A DNA stretch of 63,055 bases, filler included, from Saprolegnia diclina VS20 (taxonomy: Eukaryota), in NCBI RefSeq assembly GCF_000281045.1. It is 8 parts of 3 records of this genome, joined end to end, with 100 filler letters (N's around TTAATTAATTAA, not from the genome) between each part and the next. Parts side by side here need not be neighbours in the genome. Positions count along the whole stretch, not along the records: positions 10,714 to 21,148 come from NW_008246092.1; positions 21,249 to 28,924 come from NW_008246092.1; 6 more parts are not named here. One strand, given 5' to 3'. Positions 11,218-21,621 of the stretch are shown in pieces. Position 1 is the first letter of the stretch; every line of letters starts with the position of its first letter. The position numbers were made by a program, and so were the translations under genes. Below the pieces are notes generated by a model. That model was not told the origin of the DNA. It saw only the letters and a program-made list of their open reading frames with translations, and searched no databases.

Positions 11218-12153
11218 TTAGACGCCGACATACGCAAAGAGGATGAGACTCAGAGACATGAGTCCCATGCCGCCCAGAATCGCGACCGAGACGGCGTGGC
11301 CGTCGGGGTAAAACTTGACGGCCGACGGGATGAGCTCCTTAATTGAGAGCGTCACCATCATGCCAGCAACGAGACCAAACATTGCACCCTCGAGAGACGG
11401 GTTGAGACCGTCGCCGAGGATGAAGAAGGCGAGGATCGCGCCGAGCGGCTCCGCGAGCGACGACCCGCATGCCCACAAGAATGCTTTCCAGCGGTTGCCC
11501 GTCGCAAAGTAGACGGGCGTCGCGACAGCAATGCCTTCGGGAATATTGTGCAGCGCAATACCAATCGCAAGCGTGGCGCCAACCTTGAGGTCGTGGACCG
11601 CCGCCGTGTACGTGGCAATGCCTTCCGGGAGGTTGTGGATCGCAAGCGCAATCGCCGTGAGGATGCCCGTGCGGTTCATGGCTGCCTTCTCCTTGCCGGC
11701 GAGCGTGTCTTTCTCGCAGTCGAGCGGCGTCGAGAGAGGCACGTGGCCGTCGACGACTTGTTCGAGGCGCGAGAGATCGGCGACGTCGATTTCGTCCTTG
11801 AGGTCGGGCGAGAGACGGTGGACAAGCGCATCAAGGAGGTAGATGATACCGGCGCCAATGGCAAAGGCAATGTTGGTATAGACCCACGCGTTGCCCTCGC
11901 ACGTCGGGTCGCACTCGCCAGCCGCGTTCGCGTTACCGGCCATGAATTGCTCGACAGCCTTTTTGAAGATCTCGACGAGCGAGATGAAGATCATGACGCC
12001 ACCAGCGAGCGCGAGCGCGATCGAGAGGTTCTTGGCGCTGGCCATCTTGACCATGGACGCGCTAAAGATGATGAGACCGCCGAGGCAGGTCGCGAACGCC
12101 GCGGCCCACGTGAGGGCAAAGGCGATGCCGACTTCCTTTGTGACTTCTGGCAT
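11218..12153 (-). CDS. ZIP-family divalent metal transporter (ZupT/GufA-like, 311 aa)
   Basis: About 8 hydrophobic segments with the twin ZIP signatures IHNLPEG and LHNIPEG, plus LAEPLGA and ELIP motifs. Confidence 0.92.
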   Translation of the reverse strand: MPEVTKEVGIAFALTWAAAFATCLGGLIIFSASMVKMASAKNLSIALALAGGVMIFISLVEIFKKAVEQFMAGNANAAGECDPTCEGNAWVYTNIAFAIGAGIIYLLDALVHRLSPDLKDEIDVADLSRLEQVVDGHVPLSTPLDCEKDTLAGKEKAAMNRTGILTAIALAIHNLPEGIATYTAAVHDLKVGATLAIGIALHNIPEGIAVATPVYFATGNRWKAFLWACGSSLAEPLGAILAFFILGDGLNPSLEGAMFGLVAGMMVTLSIKELIPSAVKFYPDGHAVSVAILGGMGLMSLSLILFAYVGV

Positions 12154-15100
12154 GCGTATCAGAGAACAAGTAAGCGAATGGCAATCTGGTCGCCTGAATT
12201 CCAGTGCTCGTGACCAGATTCAACTACCATGGACACGGGAGGAGGAATCATAAACGATGCAGTTATCAGTGCGTGGGAAACGCGACCGAGCTATTGGCTG
12301 ATGTATACACTACACGACGAACCACGTCTGGGCTCTACGTCGCCTTCTCCGGCTCCTCGCTCAACACGAGTGGCCACGCCAGCACCTTGTCCCGCGGATC
12401 GCGCTCCTGCCTCCGCCGGCCTAGATCAAGATCATCACCAGCGCCTACACAACGAAGAAAGTCCGACAATTTTATTTAGCGTAGATTTACGTATCTATTT
12501 TAATAGACGACCCACTTCAACAACAACAACGAACCACGTCTGGTGCTTTGAAGGGTATTTTCATAGATTTGGATGCACCTAGCCCTTTTTCCTTGATTGA
12601 TATCGCTTCAGAAAGCGCCCACGACACCTAAATTGCAGTGAAATCAACCACAGGTTCATGCTCACTAGACTTTGTGCTGTGGAAAAGCAGCAAGCATTTC
12701 AAACCAGAAACGATGCCAAACCTAGTATGATGTGCTCTATAAGCGGAAAGAGACGTCAAATTTCATCGTGGCGACGAAAGAAACAAGAGTCTCCTGTTTT
12801 ACGTAACGCTAACCTAGCTGTGTGACGAGAAAACCTTCGAATGGTCTTATTGTATGCAGCCGTTTCGCATACTCTACGCTAGTACAGCTTACTGGATACT
12901 AGTACGGCACAAACGAGCGAAGCATATTGTTGTCACCCATTTCACCATTGATAACCAGCAGTGGTGCTTTGAGATGCGCATAATTGATATCAACCCACAA
13001 GTACGTGATGCCGAAGCATGGACTGGTGCGCTACATACTTATCTATGTGCGCAGTCACGTCTGTAGTGCTCTAGCGCCGAGCTAGCATGGCTAATGGTTG
13101 CATTCGAAGTCACCGTCCAGAACTGTGCGCGGTCACAGCTCTTGTCGATGGCTACGGCTTTCTCCGTCGCAGTGGCCGTTGATCCTGGTAACCGAGGAAC
13201 GTTAGTTGTTGACGTGAGTCTATTTAGATATAATTTACACTGAACTGTTTTTGGGGGTGGACTTTCGATTCAGAGCGTGTTGTGCTAGACGGCAGCAGCG
13301 GCGAGGCTTAGCCGTGTTGAAGGCGAGGCGTATGGATGGCGCAAGCCGGGACGAGATTGTCACGAAGCCAGATGTCGTGGCGCAGGGCGTGCATCATTTG
13401 GAAGAGGCACATCGCTTGGGTATTGAACATCAAGTGGTGAAGATGCACCATGGTCAAGAACGCGGCGCGGGCAGCGGCCGCTTCGGGTGTCACGACGGGC
13501 GCCTCGGGAACGTTAGTGGTGCAATAACAACGTTTGTATCTGCCCAGGTACACGCACTTGTGTACCAAGATACCATGTACTACAATAGTACATGGACCAA
13601 TGTGAAATTTCGTGGTGTGTCACAATACGGGCCAACCCATTGGCTATATTTCGATACATTTTGATTGGATGCAAAAGTGAAAGTACAGTACATACAGAGA
13701 GACATTCCAATAATGAAAGTGCGAGAGAAATAAAAGAGCGAGAGACCAGGTATAGAAGCAGACCGCAATTGGATGAATTTTCCTCAGCTCTCCATATTAG
13801 TCATGTTCTCGTCGTTCGCTGCAGGGATCGCCCGCTTTCGCAATTGCCCAAAGCTTCGCTTTAACGCCAAAGACAGAAAAAGGTCTTACAAGCCCACATT
13901 GTTTAGAACGTGTATGTTGGACGTCTGCTCGAGGCGCTCTGCCACTGTCTGGAGACACTACCGGTAGATCACGTAGGCCAACACGGTTGACTAAAACGCC
14001 TAGGCGTGGATGACTGTTCAGCCTAGGGTGGCGTTCTGAGAACGTGGCTGGTCCTGAAGATAGCGTACGTGCAGCCGTACGTGTGACTCAAGCTCGTGTG
14101 ACGTGGTAGCATTGGAGAAAGACGACGCAAGTAGAGCGGCTATAGCAACTCTGTACCTACCATCTAGCGCGACGGGCGATGATGTGCATGGCCTTGTCTT
14201 TGTCAGTGCGACAGGACTTAACTGTGCAAGGCAACTTCTACCCCTGTAGCCAACGGAGAACGTGTGGCAATGTACGGCCATTTTTACGAATCAACGATTG
14301 GTTTATATTCCGACGCGCTTCTCGGGTCTGGTTCAATGGTATCGATCTATCTATGGCCCCGCATTTCTTTGGACGCTAGTCGACGTTCTATATTATCAGC
14401 TCCACGTTGGACCATGAGCTCGACCACAAAATGCTAGAGCTATTTAAGCTGCTGGAATGGAGGCCAATCGACGCTGAGACAGAGAGGCCGAACTCTCTGT
14501 GGTAACGGTGCGGTTGTACAGGCCAGGCCCGCCGCTGCAATTTGCTGACGTGGCGACCTGACCATTCCGAATCCCCGCGGTTGGACAAGCAACTGCACGG
14601 TACCGTATTCGACTCAGATATAAGTAGACATTATTGTGGACGTATAAAGTACTAGGAGAGGCAAAGATTCCTCCGTCTCGATGACGCAAGACGAAGGCAA
14701 CCCACACCCTGTCTACGGTAGTCCGTGGTCAAGAGGGCCCTATTAAAATTCCCACTGTACCTTTCATACACGAAGCTTGCCGTATCATTCCCTCGCCATG
14801 ACTTGCCCGTTTAGCACTAGTGTCGAAGAAACACAATATTTGCAACAGAAGGTGCTGGTGCATGCTGGTCACAGACCTTCCCAGCGGTTGACGTCGCGCA
14901 GTTGACGCAAGCATTGCTTGCGAGCACATCCAAGGTTTTGCGAAGAATTGGGATTGTTGCATGTCATTAGCACCTCCCCAAGAGCTCTCCCAAGAAGAAG
15001 TTGGTGCCCGGTTTACAAACGATACGACTATTTGTGCTCTGATACTATGCTGGTATCATACTGAGTGGGAGCGGAGCGAGAAAGAGTCAAGTTCAAACAG

Positions 15101-15668
15101 TGCAGGCAAATTCGCTAACAAGGTGCTGTTGGCGAGCGAGATAACGCTGCCGTTTACATATAATATAATCCTTCCCGCTGTCTCAATGCCACCTCTTCGT
15201 GAGCACAGCAACCTTGGCACCACCATTCGCTGCTTCCAGGTGCCGATCGCCTTCGATTTCGAAGCTCCTCGCAGCCAAATAATACGCGCGGAAGATGGTC
15301 GCGCACCTACAATGTCTGGGTATAGCTCAACTACACAACGCCATGTGGGAATCGCTGACGTTCCCATGTGGCACTTGACGCCAGGGCCAACTTGACTCTT
15401 GGCGCGCTCACGGGCTGGCCGTAAGCCAATCCGCGACATGGGCAAATATGATTGGCTAAATCAGATCCAATCAATTTTAAACCTCGTCCGAGAAGATACC
15501 AGAAGCATGAGGCTGTAAACCAGCTCCAGTCGACGTTATGATGCACGTATATGCAAGCGCCGAGCCAACTGTTCAGCACCGCCTTCAACGAATCGTTCAG
15601 TGCTTATTCGCCAAACAAAACGAGGCGGCATTTGAGAGGCTCACATTTCAATTTGCTTCGTCTCCAGC

Positions 15669-17732
15669 ATGGCCTTCCACGCCATCTCAACGCCAACGCA
15701 ACATGTGCAGTTGCACGTGGATGCCAAGCCAGCGCCGCCCAAGTTTGCGCTCGTCCCGCACATCGTCGCGGGGTTGCTCATGCTCTACTCCATCTTTGCC
15801 ATCACGGTGATCTACACGCCGATGACGGCGCCCATCACGACGTCGTTCATCAACCCGCTCTGGGACATCAACCCCAAGGTCAAAAACTCTGGCCACTCGG
15901 AGATGGTCAACTACACGTACCTCTTCTTCGCCGTGATTTTGCCGCTCTTTGTCACCTACTTGATCGTCCGTTTGGCCACTCGAGGCGCGACGTTCCCGGT
16001 GCCGGCGCTCTCGCACATGCTCCAGCGCAAGCCGCGCCTCTTGTGGTCGCTCGTGAGCTACGGCGAGGTCCTCTTCTTGCTTCTCGTCGTCGTCGGCAAC
16101 GTCGTCTTCTTCTACTACTTTTACAGCCCGCGCATCAAGCCCACGACCAAGACGCAGGCCAAGATCGAAACCGCGGCCAAGACGCTCGGCTTCTCGACCG
16201 TGTACAACATGGTGTTCCTCGCGCTGCCCGCGTCGCGCCACTGCTTTTGGATGGAGTGGCTCGGCATTCCGTACGCCCACGGTGTCAAGTACCACCGCTG
16301 GCTCGGTATCGTCACCATCCTCTGCGCGGCCGTGCACACGGCGTTCTACGTCCAAGTGTTTATCGCTGACAACGAGTCGCTCATGCTGCTGCCGTGCTTC
16401 AACTGCAACGTGGCCAAGGAAGGCAAGATGAACTGGATCAACACATTTGGCTGGATCGCGTTCCTGAGCATGTTTGTCATGGGCCTCACGTCGATCCCGT
16501 ACGTGCGCCGCCACTACTACAAGGTGTTTTACTACACGCACTTTCTCTTCATTCCCGCCACGGCCTTTGCGATCATGCACTACGCCAACATTGCCATCTG
16601 GCTCTTCGCCACCATCGTGCTCTACATTGGCAACCGCATGCTCTCGTCTGCGACCATCCAAGCGCCGGTCGTCATCCAGAAGGCCGCCGCGCACCCGCAC
16701 GAAGTGACCGAGTTGACCTTCGAGTGTGCTACGTCGTACCAAGCCGGCGACGTTGTCTACCTCAAGGTGCCGTCGGTCTCCAAGACGCAGTGGCACCCGT
16801 TCAGCGTTGCGTCGACGCCGCTGCACACGCCTGGCTCGCTCACGGTGTACATCAAGACGCTCGGTCAGTGGTCCGGCCAAGTGCACGAATACATTCGTCA
16901 GTGCACGGCTTCCGGTGTCGACCCCGTCGTGTACATGGACGGCGGCTACGTCTCGCCCGCACTCGTTCCAGCGTCGTATGAAAAAGTGGTCTTCATCGGC
17001 GGCGGCATCGGCGTCACCCCGCTCATGGCCCAGATCATGCACATCCTGCACACGGCGCCGTCGCAGGAAGTCCATTTGGTCTGGCACGTGCGCGACCTCC
17101 GCATGATGACGCAGTTCCAGCAGTGGTTCCACGAAGCGACGGGTCTCTCGTCCAACTTGCGCCTCCACCTCTTTGTGACCAAGTCTTCGCCGCCCGCGGA
17201 AACGGCGGTCGCCAAGCAAGTGTACGACCTCAAGAGCTCCAATGTGGCGCCGCGACCGTACGCCAACGTCTCGACGTTGCGCCAAGTGCTCTTGTTTGTC
17301 GCTGCGTTCTTTGGCGCCGGCACGCTCCTCCTCGCGGTTCACTATGGCAACAAGATTACGAGCATCGACCCGTCGTACTGGCCGCTGCAGCGCTTCGTCG
17401 AGTTTGTGGCGATGGTGGTCGGGTCGTACTGGGCGTACATTGTGGTTTTGATCAAGCCGTACAAGTCCATGCCGGTGGCCAAGACGCCGTTTGACGACGT
17501 GCCCAAGGAGCCGATGATGTCGGACGAGGCGTTCATCGAGCGCTACAGCGTCCAGCAGGGCCGCATGGACTGGTCGCGCTTCTTCTCGAGCCTCGTCGAC
17601 GGCACGACCACGAGCTGGACGACGCCAGCGATCGGTGTCTACGTCTCGGGCCCCAAGACGCTCTCGCGTGCGATCGATGCGCAAGCGCACTCGACGCGCT
17701 TTGCCGTGCATCACGAAGAGTTTGAAATGTAA
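15669..17732 (+). CDS. Ferric reductase family protein (paralog 4, 687 aa)
   Basis: Complete ORF with KYHRWLG, QWHPFS, GGGIGVTP, HHEEFEM. Confidence 0.93.
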   Translation: MAFHAISTPTQHVQLHVDAKPAPPKFALVPHIVAGLLMLYSIFAITVIYTPMTAPITTSFINPLWDINPKVKNSGHSEMVNYTYLFFAVILPLFVTYLIVRLATRGATFPVPALSHMLQRKPRLLWSLVSYGEVLFLLLVVVGNVVFFYYFYSPRIKPTTKTQAKIETAAKTLGFSTVYNMVFLALPASRHCFWMEWLGIPYAHGVKYHRWLGIVTILCAAVHTAFYVQVFIADNESLMLLPCFNCNVAKEGKMNWINTFGWIAFLSMFVMGLTSIPYVRRHYYKVFYYTHFLFIPATAFAIMHYANIAIWLFATIVLYIGNRMLSSATIQAPVVIQKAAAHPHEVTELTFECATSYQAGDVVYLKVPSVSKTQWHPFSVASTPLHTPGSLTVYIKTLGQWSGQVHEYIRQCTASGVDPVVYMDGGYVSPALVPASYEKVVFIGGGIGVTPLMAQIMHILHTAPSQEVHLVWHVRDLRMMTQFQQWFHEATGLSSNLRLHLFVTKSSPPAETAVAKQVYDLKSSNVAPRPYANVSTLRQVLLFVAAFFGAGTLLLAVHYGNKITSIDPSYWPLQRFVEFVAMVVGSYWAYIVVLIKPYKSMPVAKTPFDDVPKEPMMSDEAFIERYSVQQGRMDWSRFFSSLVDGTTTSWTTPAIGVYVSGPKTLSRAIDAQAHSTRFAVHHEEFEM

Positions 17733-20156
17733 ACGAGCTCGAGTCGTATGAACACCCAGTAACTGGACCGTAATTAATCGTTTATGTATCAAAGTCGTGC
17801 TTGTCCAACTATGATACTGAAGGACACAGTAGTCGTGCCCTCTCGATGGGCAACGATAGACTCCTGTTTGTGGCGCAGTGCTTTGTGCAGCACGAAGGTC
17901 AAATCAAGCATCTGATGTTAGCGGCGGACGAGCAGCTTGCCTTTAAATTTTGATGCAAAGCGTTTAATTTGTATGCAATACAATACAGTAATTAAATTAT
18001 TCTATTGGTCTTTATTCTTATAATTTTGACCAATCCTGTGTGACTTGGGTGCACACACCACCGCGCGCGAGCGCTCGGGCGCGCCGAATGAAGTTTTTAA
18101 TGAAGTCGCCCATACTTGGCGGAGCGATAGCAGACACTCTAGGAAGCATAACACGCTACGTCACGTCGGCGTTGGAGCGGCGCAGCAAGAGCAATCGACC
18201 ACACTGTTACATCTGGTGTTAGCCATATATAGCCACATGTAGCCACTTTTAGTATGTTATTCGGACGAATCCGGACATTCATGGACTGAGTTCTGTGGTC
18301 GTATTTTTGGCATCAACAGGTTGCGCCACCTCGCCATCAACTGCGCTGCGCGCCGCTTCGCGGGCCTCACCGCCGCCCCGTCCTTGGTCGCCCGAACGAG
18401 CGGCAAAATGCGCTTGTCGAGGCGAGTGGACGCCAACCGTTTTACTTGGCACCACAATCTCCAAGGGCTTACAGCGCGGTTCGTGCTATCGGCATGCTCC
18501 CACCTAGCGCTGTGGGACAGTATCCGCGTTCTTTGCGAGCCTCGGGTGACGACTCAACGATACTGTTGCAGCGCAACCGCCGTGGTGTGGCCACTCTCAC
18601 ACGCCTGTCTACAAGTTTCATACCGTAATGCGTTTGCGGCTCAGGAACGGCGTCTCGGTGACGAGCTTGCTGCGGTCAACGAGCTACCGGTAGCCCTTGG
18701 ACTGGTCAAAGGCGTCAGAATAATCAACTAACCGTGGCGTAGCAGAGGAAGGGCTGGCCCACGGCCGTGACCGCGATGGACGAATGTACCTGCATCAGCG
18801 TCGGCCGCGGCCTTGCGCTGCGCCTGCGCTTTCATGAGCGTCCTGATAACGTCGACCGCAATCGCGATTGGGGTCCTGGAGATACACCAAAAAGTCGTCG
18901 GCAAACACACCTCCGACTGGCTCGTAACGATCGCTACAACCCCAGGAAATATGCTCTGGGTTGCTCAGCAGCGATTGTCTACACATAGTTTTGACTCCTT
19001 GAGGCTCTCAACATCCAAGGGGACAAACGAATGCAACAGCGGTCGGACATCTGGAATACCGAGATGGAGAAGCACCAAGTGCAGATGGTTCATCGACAAA
19101 GACGTGGCTTTCCAAATGCATGCAAATAAAAATCGTCGTACTACAATCGTAAACACGCAGATTACCGCATGAACAGAGCATCATGTGACAGGGCAATGTT
19201 ATCCACTATCGTAGACTCGTACTGTTTTGTAACGGCGCCCTTCTTGGTCCGCGCGTCCAGGTTCTCTCGGAATTCCTATTGCTGCCGTTGTCGGCAGTGC
19301 ATCCCAAAAGAAGAGACGTGAGCGAGCCTTCAAAACGCAGCACCAAGAACGCTCCTTCCATGCAACTCAAGTGCCGCTCCTTGCATCACCCACGGGATAT
19401 TCTCGACAGGCTGTCTGCATGAGCCAAGACCTTGTTGCGTTTCTATCATCACCCAAAACGCTGGCCACCTCGCCTTCGTAGTCGGTGGGTTTGGCGCCGA
19501 GCGCTTCGTGGACAGTTGACGCCACATCCAACTCGACAGGCTCCGTCGTGCTCTTGACAAGGTTGCACCAGGCAGCGGCATCATGCTCACGCAGGGACGG
19601 AGCTTACTACGACAATCGAATTGAGATTGAACAGTCCCCTTCCCCTTCACTTAGCGTTCGAGAGGCGTGCATGTCTTATAAAAGAGTCCCGGAACACGAC
19701 CGATGGCGCTGGAACAAACTGTCGTTTCGAACCACCACGGCAAAGCACCGTCACCTAGGAGAAGCGTGACTGTGCGAGTTTCTTTATTGCAAATGATGTG
19801 CAAGCGTACCACGAAGTCCCACTTTCGCCTTCTTGAATATCCCATGATGGCTTGGAGAGCGCACTTGTCGCCAGCCCTTTCGTTGCGAAGTTGGCGCCAC
19901 CGATTTTGCCAGGAGCCAATCAGGAACGTCCAACGCGGTGATTGGCCACGTCTTGGCCAACCAACGCGCGAAATCACGTGTCAAGATACCAAGACCAGTT
20001 GAAGCGCGAGGCCAACGAACGGTGCCAATCGAGGTCCATTTGAAAGCAACGACAACTCTGCTGTGATGCGCTCACGAAGTCGGCGAGTCTTCTGCGCATA
20101 CCAAAGACGAAGCATTTCACACCACAATTCATTTTGCTTTCTCGACGCCAAGCACC

Positions 20157-21148
20157 ATGGGCCACACATCGACCTATGAGGCGATGGCGACTCCGCCACT
20201 GCACGCGCCACTGGACGCTGAAGTCAAGTCGGTGCCGCGCAAGCTTGCTCTCGCCGCGCACTGGGTCGCGGGACTGCTCGTGCTCTACGCTATCTTTGGT
20301 ACCACGGTCATCTACAGTCAAACGTCGATCGACATTATGAACAACTTTCTCTGTCCGCTCTTTGGCGTCGACCCGTACAAGTGGCCGAGCGGCCACTACG
20401 AGATGGTGGACGCCGGGTACTTCTTATTTGCGTCCATCTTGCCGATATTTGTGGCCTTCTTGCTCGTGCGCCTCGTGTCCCACGGCGCGACGTTTCCGAT
20501 TTTCCGTGTGTCGTATGCGCTGCAGCGCAAGCCACGTTTCCTCAACTCGCTCGTGACCTACGGCGAGGCGCTCTTCCTTCTCGTTGTCGTTGGCGGCAAC
20601 ATCCTCTTCTTCTACTTCTCCTACACGATCCGTGTCGAGCCCACGAGCACGAACGAGCGACGGCTCGAGGCGGCGGCCGCTGCCTTTGGCTTTTTGACGG
20701 CGTACAACATGGCGTTTCTTGCGCTGCCGGCGTCGCGCCACTGCTTTTGGATGGAGTGGCTCGGTATTCCATACGCCCACGGCATCAAGTACCACCGCTG
20801 GCTCGGGATTTTGTCGATTTTGGCGCTCGTCTTGCACACAATCGTCTACGTCGTGTCGTATGCGCGCAAGCACGAGCTCATGAAGATGCTGCCGTGCTTT
20901 GATTGCGACGTTGGTGACGAAGGCTACGAGAACTGGATGATCTCGTTCGGATGGCTCTCGGGCTTTGCCATGTTCATCATGGGCATGACGTCGATCTCGT
21001 ATGTGCGCCGACGCTACTACAACGTCTTTTACGTCACGCACTTTCTCTTTATTCCGGCCACGATCTTTGCCGCCATGCATTGGTCGGGCGTCCTCCTCTT
21101 TTGCTTTGTCTCGATGGTGCTCTACATTGGCAACCGCATGATGTCGTC
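20157..21148 (+). CDS. Ferric reductase family protein (paralog 5, most divergent), truncated by gap
   Basis: TM domain with LALPASRHCFWMEWLGIP, KYHRWLG, THFLF; ends at the N gap at 21149. Confidence 0.88.
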
Positions 21149-21621
21149 NNNNNNNNNNNNNNNNNNNNNNNNNNNNNNNNNNNNNNNNNNNNTTAATTAA
21201 TTAANNNNNNNNNNNNNNNNNNNNNNNNNNNNNNNNNNNNNNNNNNNNGTATCGACATCGCCCTACGCGGTGCCGCAGAGCTTGATCCGAGTGGCCTTGT
21301 ATTAGTAGATATAACGTTAATGGCTCACGCGCCCATGTCGTGGCGTCGACATCCTACTTTAGTCGAGTGTTCCCAGTCGCATTCACAACGTCCAAGGCCG
21401 GCTACAAACCAACGACACAACCCGCCTGCAGCCGGTACTACCTTGTGTTTTGTATACTATAGTTTTCTCAATAGTATTTCGAGGTGCACGCTCACTACAA
21501 TACATTTCGTCTTGCTGTACTTGTATTTATTATCGAACATAAAAGATTGGCTATAAAATAGCCCACTTTGGTTTGACTAGCAGTTGCAATTTCGACCGCT
21601 GAAAGAGAAAGTACGACGCCA

